DNA from: a virus
IMG/VR virus record: IMGVR_UViG_3300021961_000078
Location: 4,118-68,117 of that record
Reading direction: 5' to 3' (one strand)
DNA length: 64,000 nt
The translations under genes and the position numbers were made by a program. Position 1 is the first letter of the stretch; each line of letters begins with the position of its first letter. Below the pieces are notes generated by a model, which saw nothing but the letters and a program-made list of their open reading frames with translations, ran no database searches and had not been told where the DNA came from. Positions 44,283 through 53,798 of the stretch are shown piece after piece.

Positions 44283-45034
44283 CCAAATCCAAGATTGATT
44301 TTACTAATAAGATACTCGCGTACCAAACCAGATCTGACAATATCTTCGATGCCAAATTCAACACAATCGAATGAGGGCATAGACTGCAAGATCTTCATGA
44401 AGTCTAGCACACCATTGCGCTCATTGTTTTTAATAAGGTCAGATTGTGTGTAGTCTCCAGAGAAAATGATCTTACAATCTTCACCAACACGAGTGACAAT
44501 AGAGTCAAGCTCGTGGAAGTTAAGGTTGGAGAATTCATCCACAATAATGATGCAACGATCCATTGTCACACCACGAATGAATGAAGTAGACCAGAAAGAA
44601 ATGGTTTCCTGTGCTCTCAGATTGTCATACAGACTGTCGAATGCATTGTCGTCTGGCATCTCAAACATATACTTCACCATATTCTTATAGGGAATCTGGT
44701 AAAGGTTACTCTTGTCCTCGTGATCTCCAGGAAGGAAACCAATCTCTCGGGTAGGCACCAGAGAGCGGACCATATAAACCTTATCGAAAGGAGTAGAAGG
44801 ATCCAGGACCTGTTGCAGTGCCAGGTAAAGACTAATAAAGGTCTTGCCCGTGCCAGCAGCACCATGCAAGACCAAGTTTTTACCTTCGCCATATGATTCA
44901 AACACACGCTCCTGATTTTCTGTCAGGGGCTCAATAATCTTGAGGTGATCAAGATTGATAGGCTTCTTACGTCTCATCTGTTTTGCACTCATTGAAGAGG
45001 TTGATGGGGACTTGCGCTTTCTAGTAACAGGCAT
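44279..45034 (-). CDS. phoH: PhoH family ATPase
   Basis: GAAGTGKT, REIGFLPG, FIRG, IIVDE, GD.TQSDL, DIVRSGLV. Confidence 0.96.
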   Translation of the reverse strand: MPVTRKRKSPSTSSMSAKQMRRKKPINLDHLKIIEPLTENQERVFESYGEGKNLVLHGAAGTGKTFISLYLALQQVLDPSTPFDKVYMVRSLVPTREIGFLPGDHEDKSNLYQIPYKNMVKYMFEMPDDNAFDSLYDNLRAQETISFWSTSFIRGVTMDRCIIIVDEFSNLNFHELDSIVTRVGEDCKIIFSGDYTQSDLIKNNERNGVLDFMKILQSMPSFDCVEFGIEDIVRSGLVREYLISKINLGFG

Positions 45035-45036
45035 AA

Positions 45037-45267
45037 TCAGGTATAACGACTGAGGTTTGCACCAGGATGTGCTTTTTGGACTTTGGTCATGACTTCTTTG
45101 AATCCTTCAGATTGCTTGGGGGATCCGTAGGTTACCCCACCGACTCCAGCCATCCAATCTTTGTCCCAGTCGGGGTTTTCACTTCTCCACTGGTCATATT
45201 CTTTCATAGTCATGGAGAGTTCCTGTTTCTCCCCTGTCTTTTTATTTATTACTGGGTAAGTTGGCAT
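45037..45267 (-). CDS. Conserved hypothetical protein
   Basis: MPTYPVINKKTGE..ENPDW. Confidence 0.75.
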   Translation of the reverse strand: MPTYPVINKKTGEKQELSMTMKEYDQWRSENPDWDKDWMAGVGGVTYGSPKQSEGFKEVMTKVQKAHPGANLSRYT

Positions 45268-45268
45268 G

Positions 45269-45448
45269 TCAACACTCCTCCTTCTGGTATTTTTTACGAC
45301 ACTTTTTAACTTCTTTCATCTCATCTTTGATTCGTTGATAAGACTCTTCAGGAGTAATCTTCTTTGACATCTCCATTGCAATGATCACATCAACACGAGT
45401 GCCAAAGTGTTGTAGTGCTCTTTCAAAACAATCTAGATCTTCATACAT
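45269..45448 (-). CDS. Conserved hypothetical protein
   Basis: MYEDLDCFERALQHFGTRV; TGATG coupling to thyX. Confidence 0.7.
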   Translation of the reverse strand: MYEDLDCFERALQHFGTRVDVIIAMEMSKKITPEESYQRIKDEMKEVKKCRKKYQKEEC

Positions 45449-46173
45449 CAGTCGATCCTCAGGCAAGGTTGTACATCTTCGGCATCATAATGACAATCAC
45501 AATCACCAGGGCACCAGTCAAGTGCCTTAGAGATGGTAGGAAACTGACAGATGAAATGCTTCTTACACAACTCTGCGATTTCCATATGCTCTTTCTGTGT
45601 GCCGTTAGCAGTCCGCAGTTGGATATAATGGATCCAATTGCGAAGATTGCCCGTCATGTAAAGACGAGTCGGTGTTGCCAAAGGCAATACAAAGCGAGCA
45701 CATTCCTTTGCGACACCACGCGAAAGCAATTCATTGTAGAGATCCATACCTTCAACAAAGTATTGTTGAATCCTACCCTGAAGGAATGCCTTTTCAGTGG
45801 GGTCAAGATCATCAATAGAATTCTGACGATTCTTCGTGTCTTGACTACGGAGATCAGGCACAGGGATATGATTGCCAAGCAGATTCGTATCAGCATATCG
45901 CTGTGAAAATTCTTGAAATGTGAAGGACCTATGGCGAAGTATCTGAGCCGCCAGTCCACGAGTGGTGTTGATCTCCAAGGTCATGTGTGCCTGCTCAAAG
46001 ACACTCCAGTGACCATGCTCAATACAATATGCAAGCAGTCTTTCCACCTTAGGATTATCTTGGTTATTCGGATTGCTTACACGAGCAATGTAACCAATAG
46101 TTTTCTCTGCATCAGGAGTGATGGAGATCAAACATACTTTAGATGAGGAAATTTCAAGGGGGAGATTAGTCAT
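45448..46173 (-). CDS. thyX: FAD-dependent thymidylate synthase
   Basis: HWSVFEQ, QILRHRSFTFQEFSQRY, KECARFVLP, TQKEH. Confidence 0.96.
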   Translation of the reverse strand: MTNLPLEISSSKVCLISITPDAEKTIGYIARVSNPNNQDNPKVERLLAYCIEHGHWSVFEQAHMTLEINTTRGLAAQILRHRSFTFQEFSQRYADTNLLGNHIPVPDLRSQDTKNRQNSIDDLDPTEKAFLQGRIQQYFVEGMDLYNELLSRGVAKECARFVLPLATPTRLYMTGNLRNWIHYIQLRTANGTQKEHMEIAELCKKHFICQFPTISKALDWCPGDCDCHYDAEDVQPCLRID

Positions 46174-46447
46174 GCTTAAAAAGAATCTTGGCAAGGAGGA
46201 ATAGACCGAATGCTTTGAAGTAACCGATGGTAGCGAGACCAAACAGTCCAGGCATCAACCAATTCCAGAGTAACATAAGTACGGCAGGAAGGCAAATGAA
46301 TCCAACAAGCATTCCCAAAGCAGCAGCACCAGTTGCTATGTTAGCAGCCTTCTCTGCCTCTTCCTGCTCTTCCTTAGTTTTATTTGAGATGTCTTGGATC
46401 TTCTGTTGAAACGCTTGCTTAGCGTTGAAGTAAACGTCGTCAGTCAT
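46166..46447 (-). CDS. Hypothetical membrane protein
   Basis: Two hydrophobic segments, LLWNWLMPGLFGL. Confidence 0.7.
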   Translation of the reverse strand: MTDDVYFNAKQAFQQKIQDISNKTKEEQEEAEKAANIATGAAALGMLVGFICLPAVLMLLWNWLMPGLFGLATIGYFKAFGLFLLAKILFKHD

Positions 46448-46731
46448 TTCTTTTTCTTGTTACTAGCGGACCATAATTTAGGATTGCGATTGCCATCAGT
46501 CCATTCCATCTTCTTCATTACATGACCAAACATGTCATAGTATGCATCGAAGATGTCGGATCTCATGCCCATCACAATATCATGCCAAGTCTCTCCATTA
46601 CTTTTTTCTAAAGTGAGTAGATAAGAGCTGTTGGGGAGAGACTTATCTTTAGCATCAATCGGGGAGCAACCAGTTTTAATAACTCTTACACCATACGAAT
46701 TGATGATATCCATTTGGGTGTCAGTTAACAT
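46444..46731 (-). CDS. Conserved hypothetical protein
   Basis: DKSLP..SYL, IFDAYYD, G.RNPKLW. Confidence 0.7.
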   Translation of the reverse strand: MLTDTQMDIINSYGVRVIKTGCSPIDAKDKSLPNSSYLLTLEKSNGETWHDIVMGMRSDIFDAYYDMFGHVMKKMEWTDGNRNPKLWSASNKKKK

Positions 46732-47168
46732 TAAGAGCGACCACCCCACTCAATAGATGGGAATGCTTCTTTAACAACAGTGTGAGTAACACGAAACTTC
46801 TTGTGCAGACTCTTGTTGATTGCTTTTACCAGGACTTCTGCCTCACTCTCATGAAGTCCTTCCAGCATCTGAAGAAACATATTCTCGATCTTCATCTGAC
46901 TAAGAGTATCTTCACCACCCTTGAAGAAGCGATAGAGTTTCTTATACTCCTGCTCCAGGATAGTGTGCTCTGTGCCCTTAGGAGCATCGTTAGGACGGTA
47001 GGGGACCTCTTCTCCCAGAGGGACCCGAGGGACCACACTATCATCGAAATTGATGATGAAGATAGTGCGGAGTGCAGGCGTGTTATTGTCCTGCAGGACC
47101 TTGATTTTTTCTGCTTTTGTCTTGGCGCTGTGTGCTTTCTGCAGCACTTCGGAAATTAGTAGTTTCAT
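46731..47168 (-). CDS. Conserved T4-like hypothetical protein
   Basis: LLISEVLQK..KTKAEKI, ENMFLQMLEGLH..EAE. Confidence 0.75.
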   Translation of the reverse strand: MKLLISEVLQKAHSAKTKAEKIKVLQDNNTPALRTIFIINFDDSVVPRVPLGEEVPYRPNDAPKGTEHTILEQEYKKLYRFFKGGEDTLSQMKIENMFLQMLEGLHESEAEVLVKAINKSLHKKFRVTHTVVKEAFPSIEWGGRS

Positions 47169-47169
47169 T

Positions 47170-48051
47170 TCAAAACTCAGTAATGTGATCTAGCATTTCA
47201 TTCAACGCATGTTTCATGAAATAGGGATACATCTTGCCCCGTGCAGGGGTCTCTGTATTCTCAAACGTATTTATGATGTTGTTTGTAACCTCTGTTGGGA
47301 TACAATCAAAATCAATTAGGCGTTGATTCCTATGATAGTTAGCAAGTAACTCTTTAGTTGTGCAGAAATCCATTGTATCCTGCTCAACCCAACGTGCAAG
47401 TTTGATCTTGGACATTGGTCGCTGACGTTTGTTAGCAACAAAGGTGTCATCATCCGAGAGGAAGTTGGGGATACCATCAGAGCGATCACCTTTCAAGATG
47501 TGCTCAAGCATATATGCTTTAGGATCCTCACACTGGATAAACTTCTTCTGAATAGGATTGTATTGACTTACAAACTTATACTTCTGAAGTTGTTGGAAGT
47601 CTTTATCACCCGAAAGGATCAGGACTTTCTGGGGAGGTTGCATATTATTCTGCAACCGAATGTTTATATGACCTTGCTCTTTTACAAGAGTGGCAATGAT
47701 GTCATCCGCTTCAGCACCATCAACCTCTACAACTTTGTAAGGTAGATGATCTCGGATCTCATCCCGAATCATATTCAAGACTTCAAAGATTTCATTCCAG
47801 TCTAGATTGGACTTCTCTCGGTCTTTCTTGCGAGTCCCCTTGTAGAAGGGAAACTCCCTGCGTCGCCAGTAGTGCTTGCTGTCATAGCAAAGGACCAATT
47901 CACCGTAGTCTTTGTAAAACTTATTGCGATAAGATCGCAGGGAGTTTAAGACCATGTGGCGAACCAGTCCTTCGCTGACATTTGTGACCGTGGTGGTCAA
48001 GGAAACCATCAGGTTGCTGATGCAAACCTGATTCATATCAACAAGGATCAT
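47170..48051 (-). CDS. rnh: T4-type RNase H (5'-3' exonuclease)
   Basis: MILVDMNQ, YWRR..FPFYK..R, EADDII, SGDKDF.QL, GDRSDGIPN. Confidence 0.95.
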   Translation of the reverse strand: MILVDMNQVCISNLMVSLTTTVTNVSEGLVRHMVLNSLRSYRNKFYKDYGELVLCYDSKHYWRRREFPFYKGTRKKDREKSNLDWNEIFEVLNMIRDEIRDHLPYKVVEVDGAEADDIIATLVKEQGHINIRLQNNMQPPQKVLILSGDKDFQQLQKYKFVSQYNPIQKKFIQCEDPKAYMLEHILKGDRSDGIPNFLSDDDTFVANKRQRPMSKIKLARWVEQDTMDFCTTKELLANYHRNQRLIDFDCIPTEVTNNIINTFENTETPARGKMYPYFMKHALNEMLDHITEF

Positions 48052-48057
48052 CAGACC

Positions 48058-48297
48058 TCAATCATCTTCGTCATCCATCATATCATCTTCATCGGTGATC
48101 CGCAAGTAAAGGAGCTCAGAAGGATCAACATATTCACCATCCATCTGCATCTCTGGGTGCATTACAACTGCAGCATACTCAGCCCTCTCCTTCCACTCAT
48201 CAAAAATCCCCTTGAGATTCCATGACGCCATGAAACCCAAGAGGAATGATCCGATGGTAAGGAAGAAAGCGATGTAAAGAAAACTTAGGTCTGCCAT
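48058..48297 (-). CDS. Hypothetical membrane protein
   Basis: N-terminal TM helix, HPEM motif, acidic tail. Confidence 0.7.
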   Translation of the reverse strand: MADLSFLYIAFFLTIGSFLLGFMASWNLKGIFDEWKERAEYAAVVMHPEMQMDGEYVDPSELLYLRITDEDDMMDDEDD

Positions 48298-48319
48298 AAC
48301 GCCTCTCCTTTATGTATTA

Positions 48320-48676
48320 TTATTTAGTTGCCTTTTTCTTACGTCCAGGCTTGCGATCAGCATGGTATTTCCAGGCATCTTCAAGTATACCATACAAATA
48401 GTTTCTGATCTTCCGTGCTTTTGGTTTGGGAATGTGACCATATGCTTCTCGGACTGTTTTGTCTCCGCCCTTAATGTAGTCATCTAATTCCTGCACGGTG
48501 TCACTCAACTCTGCAGCAGCAGGTGACTCGATAAATTCATTGACTTCACGACGGGTCCAGTTACCCATCTTCAAGTAAGAATACATGTTAAAAAGAAATC
48601 GATTGTTAACCATTGCTTCATCAATAGCACGATCAACAATCGAATACAATTCAGTCAGGGTAGTGTCTTTCATCAA
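48320..48676 (-). CDS. Conserved hypothetical protein
   Basis: EAYGHIPKPKARKIRNYLY.ILEDAW.Y. Confidence 0.75.
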   Translation of the reverse strand: MMKDTTLTELYSIVDRAIDEAMVNNRFLFNMYSYLKMGNWTRREVNEFIESPAAAELSDTVQELDDYIKGGDKTVREAYGHIPKPKARKIRNYLYGILEDAWKYHADRKPGRKKKATK

Positions 48677-48924
48677 AGAAGTTGTTGATCTCGCAAGTAT
48701 TTAACAGTGTCGGTGCATCCACCTACCTTTCGACCACCAATGATGACCTGAGGAAAGGTAGCACCTTGTCCAAACTCTTTATAAAACTGCTCCTTAGTGA
48801 AGTTAGTTCCAAGAGTGTATTCAGCATACCCCCATCCCTTTGATTTGTAAACCTCTTTAATCTTGGTGCAGAAGGGACAACCTGCACGAGTATAAATTGC
48901 CGTTGATCTAGGTGCGTTTGCCAT
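48673..48924 (-). CDS. nrdC: Glutaredoxin
   Basis: CPFC, TFPQV, GGCTD. Confidence 0.92.
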   Translation of the reverse strand: MANAPRSTAIYTRAGCPFCTKIKEVYKSKGWGYAEYTLGTNFTKEQFYKEFGQGATFPQVIIGGRKVGGCTDTVKYLRDQQLL

Positions 48925-48939
48925 ATCTAATCAAGTGAG

Positions 48940-48962
48940 AAAAAAAGGGACCCGAAGGTCCC
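48940..48962 (-). terminator. Rho-independent terminator
   Basis: GGGACC-TTCG-GGTCCC-TTTTTTT on - strand. Confidence 0.85.
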
Positions 48963-48992
48963 AAGAGCATCAGATTCCGTCTGTATTATATA

Positions 48993-49364
48993 TCAGAAAG
49001 AATACTTCACACCCACCTTGGTGCCGTAACCACGGTCAACACCTGCTTGACCGCTACCAACGAAGGAAACTTCGCCGTAGAGACCGAGGTTGTCGGTAGC
49101 AGCAACGCCGATGCCTGCCTTACCCGAAGGCACGGTATCCACAGCGCCACCATCAGGGGAGACGACAGTAGCACCTGCTTGGACGTAGTAAGAAGCAGCA
49201 CCACCAATAGGACCTTCATAACCGACATGGAGATCGGTATTGGTGCCAGTGTAGTTGGAGCCAGTGAAACCAGAGTTTGCCTCTACGTTAACGTAGGGAC
49301 CTGCAAGGGCAGCAGCGGGAGCGAATGCGAGAGCAGCAGCAGCTGCGAATGCGGTTTTGATCAT
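48993..49364 (-). CDS. Small outer-membrane beta-barrel-like protein
   Basis: Signal peptide, amphipathic beta strands, C-terminal GVKYSF signature. Confidence 0.7.
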   Translation of the reverse strand: MIKTAFAAAAALAFAPAAALAGPYVNVEANSGFTGSNYTGTNTDLHVGYEGPIGGAASYYVQAGATVVSPDGGAVDTVPSGKAGIGVAATDNLGLYGEVSFVGSGQAGVDRGYGTKVGVKYSF

Positions 49365-49475
49365 TGTTTTTAATCCTCGTAAATTTTACTTGTGGAATGG
49401 TTACCCACAGATGGCAGGGACTTCGACGGGTCCCGTTTGTTACAAGTCGCAACGTGGTGTCGCGACCATGTATAT

Positions 49476-49520
49476 ATACTAGCACAATGTCAGATTTTGT
49501 CAACCGTGTGACAGTTGGAG
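49476..49520 (-). promoter_or_regulatory. Sigma70-like promoter with AACTGTCACA upstream element
   Basis: aactgtcacacgg TTGACA-16bp-TAGTAT (TGn extension). Confidence 0.6.
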
Positions 49521-49529
49521 ATCTGACAA

Positions 49530-49614
49530 CGGAGAGGGTGGGATTCGAACCCACGGAAGCTTTCACTTCGCTAGTTTTCAAGACTAGAGCCTTAAACCAC
49601 TCGACCACCTCTCC
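49530..49614 (-). tRNA. tRNA-Ser (TGA)
   Basis: GGAGAGGTGGTCGAGTGG..CT-TGA-AA, long variable arm, GGTTCGAATCC. Confidence 0.96.
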
Positions 49615-49624
49615 AGGTATGGTG

Positions 49625-49822
49625 CTAGATATCCTCCATGTATTTGAAGTTTTCATTGAGATCATAGTGCAACTTGTGCTTCTCTGTCAAGACATAGTAT
49701 CCTATGATCTCAAGTCCATCGCAAGAGAAACCGTATCCTCTTACGGTTTCTTCAATGCCATCAATCCGAAACTTCCTGTCCCCCCGAAGGTAGTGGTGAT
49801 ACCTCTGGTCCAGATTGATCAT
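49625..49822 (-). CDS. Hypothetical protein
   Basis: MINLDQRYHHYL..F.IDG..E.V.GYG. Confidence 0.65.
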   Translation of the reverse strand: MINLDQRYHHYLRGDRKFRIDGIEETVRGYGFSCDGLEIIGYYVLTEKHKLHYDLNENFKYMEDI

Positions 49823-50183
49823 TTGTTTCTCCCGAATCTTTAGATAGCATATCACGGATTGCAGACATATCTTCTTCCGTAAGATTATCTATAGAATCTC
49901 CTTCCTCCTCGCGAGGATCTGTTACGAGATTTTGCATCTTGGCAAGGTCATCTACCAGTTGCTTGTCTGGTTTCCATGCAGCACCCTGAGGTTGATAATC
50001 AAGATTCTTTACAGTAGCAAGGTTGCTACTCCAATACCTCTTCATTTTCTTGAGCATTTTCTTCCGACCCTTTGGATCATCTTTGTATTGCTCAATCACT
50101 CTGCGAAGCATACGCAACTCACGAGTGGACTTCTCCAGAGATCTTTCTGCTGCAGAGTCACTCTTCTTCCCAAAACCTGACAT
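49761..50183 (-). CDS. Hypothetical protein
   Basis: 140 aa, MSGFG start. Confidence 0.65.
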   Translation of the reverse strand: MSGFGKKSDSAAERSLEKSTRELRMLRRVIEQYKDDPKGRKKMLKKMKRYWSSNLATVKNLDYQPQGAAWKPDKQLVDDLAKMQNLVTDPREEEGDSIDNLTEEDMSAIRDMLSKDSGETNDQSGPEVSPLPSGGQEVSD

Positions 50184-50185
50184 AC

Positions 50186-53100
50186 TTATGTTGCCTCTGT
50201 AATAATGATTCTAAACTTGAGTCTATCTTTATTTCTGTCGGAGCAGAAATACCAATAGGGAGAGTTAGTATTGTGAGACTCTTGGTATATAGCCTCCTTT
50301 ACGCTCCTCTTCACGTTATCGTTTCTCTCATACCATCCAATGAGTTTTCTATTAGGTTTCTTGAATGATCCCTGATAGTCGGGATAGTATGGAGACTGTG
50401 TGTTATCTTCCAGTGCTTTCTCTCTTGGAGGTGGCCATAGAAGATCGAATGTCATCCCCTCAGAATATCCTCTACCAGGATTGATAACATCAATGACATT
50501 GATGATTGCTTGCCAGTAGTATTTTGTCCGAGAGAATGATTCCCCAGCTGGGTGGGCAGGATAGAAAGTAATACCTATCCTAACCTTTGCTGCAGCAGCA
50601 GGATTACCTGCTCCTTGTAGTGCGTCACCATCTAAAACATAATCATGAATGAAGGTGCAGGGTGCATAGAAGTTAGCACTTCCAGGTCCATTTGTCCAGT
50701 TGTTAGAAAGGGCATTCAGATAACTGGTGGAATCACTAACAGATCCCTGTGCCAACTCATACCATGGGAGGTATCCCTTAGCATATGCTGTGGGGATCTT
50801 TTCTCTAATAGCACCGCTACCTGAGAGATTGAGATTATCAAATCGAGTGACCAGATAATTCTCAAGGAGTTGATTATAGCATCCTGTGAGTGCTCTGTAA
50901 ACATCTGTGGGCAGTTGTCCCAATTCATATTGATCCAGAGACTGTGGAATGTAACCAGTATCAATGTATCCACCATCAATGTTGGGCATGAATCTATTCT
51001 GCTTGTCGCGACGATGCCCACCCATATTCGCAGGAGTATTTTGTAGTGTCCCATGCATGGATACTCTCGCTCCACCAACCCATACCAAGGTATAGGGATG
51101 CTGGTTGAGATCATCGTCATCCACATACCATGCCTCTGTGCTAACAGATCCAGGTTGCCATTCAGATCCTGCTCTGTTGTATGGTTTGAATTGCATTGCC
51201 ATACTGGTGATGGCACCCGCAGAAGTTGTATTTGGGTTTAGATATGGACTGCTTGTATATGTGCCGAATTCATCATCTGTAGCAACTGTTGTGAGGTTGA
51301 TAGAGAATTGAGAATCAAAGACACCAGTAGATGTGTTATAGAGAGCAAGCGAAGGTGAGATCGATCCTGTGTGAGGACCAGTTACCAACTCAACAAACTC
51401 GAATGACAAAGTATCACCAGCACTCAGATTGATATCCGAGTCATTGATATCTTGACCAATCGCTGGCCAATACTGTGCTACCCAGTCCCCCTCATAAATT
51501 GTAGACCCATTCTTCTTGAATCTAAACTTGAATCGGATGCAACTAGATTGCAATCCTCCAGTAATGCCACCCATAGAAACAATTCTATAGGTGCCAGCAT
51601 TAGGAGCAACATATGACTGAGTATCATTCTGTCTGATCGTATAAGCACCCGTGCATTTGCGACACTCCCAATCAGTATCCTCGGAAAGGATTGTTGGTTT
51701 AAGTGCTCCACAATCTGCTCGGCCAATAGTCACATCCTTGAAAGATTTCTCTAGAGATCTATCATCACACCCTGGTGGTTTGAGTGTCCTATACACAGGA
51801 GGAGGTGCTTGCTCGTCAAACACATAGCACTGAATACCCTCCAGATAATATCCGTTGCTAGTCCATTGGACTTTATGCCAGAATTTCAGGTCATCATAAT
51901 CATCATCACCATTGATGAGGTCTTCCCACATCTGTTTGTTTCTTCCCTTCCACTTAGTCTGGTCCTTGTCACCAGGATTCCATCTATTGTCGGAGAAGAG
52001 ACAGTAATTGCTTTGTGCTGTGGAGATACCGTTGCCACGGAATCCATCACTCTGAGCAGAGAAAGTGATCTGCTGACCTTTACTCAAACTATTCTGTCGG
52101 GCACCATCAGGGATCAGGAAGAATCCCATGCTACCACCCTTATAATTCCTCAGTTGTGATGCTGGAATAGTTACTCGGTTAATGTTTGTCCCTGACTTTG
52201 CAGATTTAACAATGACATATCCAACCTGAGGACCATTCTTATCAGCAAGATAGTATCCCAAAGCATTATCATAACCAGCACTACCCTTCTCAGTGTCTGT
52301 AGTTACAAGTATGTCTGCATTGATCTCACCCTTGGGAATCCTATATGCATTCCTTCTCTTGAGAGTCTGAGGAAAGTCCCAAAGGAATTCAGGATCGATC
52401 GTATACATGTGATCAGATCCATTGTAGAAGCGATAGAGCGCCTCGCCCTGCTCATCATCTCCCATGTAGGAGATCATGTCAGACCCCTTTGTAAAGGCGT
52501 ATCCAAGCACTGCTTGGAATTGCATACCAGCAGCATTCATGGTCGCCCTCTCGCCGCTTCCAGGACCGTCTGGCTGCCCTGGGTTGGTCGTTAGGAATCC
52601 ATCGCCAGCAGAGTTGAGGTAATAGAAGAGAGGGACCGTTACGGGGTTGTCTGGATCAGGGGAAATAGGATCCTTGAGGATGTGGAATGCAGGATCTCCA
52701 CTGCCAGTAAGACTATAGGTATGCTTACCGCCACTGTAAGTCTCATACACAGGCAGTCTGGTGGGGAAGCAATTCTTCACGCAAACTCTATCAAGATTTG
52801 CACTCCATCCATTTGGATAGTGTGTATCACAAGATGCAGCAGGTGGTTTCCACTTACCACCAGCGTAGGGTTTGAAGAAACAATCTAGGGTATTGCGGAC
52901 GCATCTCTCCCAGTCAAGATCCTGCTCACGAATATCATCGTCACAGATCAGAATCTCTCCTGTCTTTTTATTTCTCCATCTGTTGCCACTCAGTTTCTCA
53001 CACTGCCCTTTGACTCTGAGTTGCATCACCTCAGCACAATCATCATTGTTGCCTAGTTTGATGTAAGGTTTGGCGTCGTTGGGATTGGGTAATTTAATGA

Positions 53101-53557
53101 CAAGATCAGGACCATAGCATTGATCTCCCAAGAAACCATTCTTACATAACCAATCTAAAATTTCAATTCTAACTTCAATAACATTATCCTGCACCTCAGG
53201 AATGTTATATGGAGTTTGTAGTGTAGGTAGACCTGGGTAGCATCGTCCAACCAACTCCTGAATAACTTGTGCTGGAGTTGGCTCTACTTGAGGAGGTGCT
53301 ACCTCAGCAGGAATCCTAGGATTCTCTTGGTCAAGTGGGTTAGGTGTTAGTGGAGGAGTCCCTGCATAGCAACGACCCACAAGTTGTTGAATAGTTTCTG
53401 CTGGATCTGGCGATGAAATAGGACCAGCCGAAGTGCCACCCAGACTCAGCGACGCTGGGTTAGATCCATCCAGGGGGTTGGGGTTGTTGGCGAGAATGAA
53501 ACCAGCACCACCAACGTAACACCTGTCAACTATATTTCTGATGTCTTCGGCTGCCAT
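50186..53557 (-). CDS. Large multi-domain, probably virion-associated protein (DUF4114-like segment)
   Basis: Three N-terminal I..(L/I)V.RCY repeats; LYRFYNGSDHMYT; MGFFLIPDG..WEDLINGDDDYDDL. Confidence 0.65.
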   Translation of the reverse strand: MAAEDIRNIVDRCYVGGAGFILANNPNPLDGSNPASLSLGGTSAGPISSPDPAETIQQLVGRCYAGTPPLTPNPLDQENPRIPAEVAPPQVEPTPAQVIQELVGRCYPGLPTLQTPYNIPEVQDNVIEVRIEILDWLCKNGFLGDQCYGPDLVIKLPNPNDAKPYIKLGNNDDCAEVMQLRVKGQCEKLSGNRWRNKKTGEILICDDDIREQDLDWERCVRNTLDCFFKPYAGGKWKPPAASCDTHYPNGWSANLDRVCVKNCFPTRLPVYETYSGGKHTYSLTGSGDPAFHILKDPISPDPDNPVTVPLFYYLNSAGDGFLTTNPGQPDGPGSGERATMNAAGMQFQAVLGYAFTKGSDMISYMGDDEQGEALYRFYNGSDHMYTIDPEFLWDFPQTLKRRNAYRIPKGEINADILVTTDTEKGSAGYDNALGYYLADKNGPQVGYVIVKSAKSGTNINRVTIPASQLRNYKGGSMGFFLIPDGARQNSLSKGQQITFSAQSDGFRGNGISTAQSNYCLFSDNRWNPGDKDQTKWKGRNKQMWEDLINGDDDYDDLKFWHKVQWTSNGYYLEGIQCYVFDEQAPPPVYRTLKPPGCDDRSLEKSFKDVTIGRADCGALKPTILSEDTDWECRKCTGAYTIRQNDTQSYVAPNAGTYRIVSMGGITGGLQSSCIRFKFRFKKNGSTIYEGDWVAQYWPAIGQDINDSDINLSAGDTLSFEFVELVTGPHTGSISPSLALYNTSTGVFDSQFSINLTTVATDDEFGTYTSSPYLNPNTTSAGAITSMAMQFKPYNRAGSEWQPGSVSTEAWYVDDDDLNQHPYTLVWVGGARVSMHGTLQNTPANMGGHRRDKQNRFMPNIDGGYIDTGYIPQSLDQYELGQLPTDVYRALTGCYNQLLENYLVTRFDNLNLSGSGAIREKIPTAYAKGYLPWYELAQGSVSDSTSYLNALSNNWTNGPGSANFYAPCTFIHDYVLDGDALQGAGNPAAAAKVRIGITFYPAHPAGESFSRTKYYWQAIINVIDVINPGRGYSEGMTFDLLWPPPREKALEDNTQSPYYPDYQGSFKKPNRKLIGWYERNDNVKRSVKEAIYQESHNTNSPYWYFCSDRNKDRLKFRIIITEAT

Positions 53558-53766
53558 ACTGTAGCGATATCTTCCAAGTTATTTAGTTGTGGTTGATCAT
53601 TCCAATGTCTTATTGCGTTTGCAACAATGGCAATATTAGTGACAAGGTAAGTGAGAAATATAAGAGTCCGTATAATAGCAATGATATCTGATTCTTTGTC
53701 ATCTTTACCTGATTTCTCTCCTAGTGCTTTTGCCCAGATTCTCCAGGCGCTTTTCTGTTTTGCCAT
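53530..53766 (-). CDS. Small membrane protein
   Basis: WRIWAKALGEKSG..D..A.IRT..NAIRHW. Confidence 0.7.
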   Translation of the reverse strand: MAKQKSAWRIWAKALGEKSGKDDKESDIIAIIRTLIFLTYLVTNIAIVANAIRHWNDQPQLNNLEDIATVWQPKTSEI

Positions 53767-53791
53767 TAAAAAAGGATCCCGAAGGATCCTC
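53767..53791 (-). terminator. Rho-independent terminator after psbD
   Basis: AGGATCC-TTCG-GGATCCT-TTTTT on - strand. Confidence 0.85.
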
Positions 53792-53798
53792 TAGTATA

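Noticed and set aside
49288-49843. ORFs 49288-49665 (-) and 49364-49843 (+)
   Set aside because: They run through tRNA-Ser, a promoter and a structured leader
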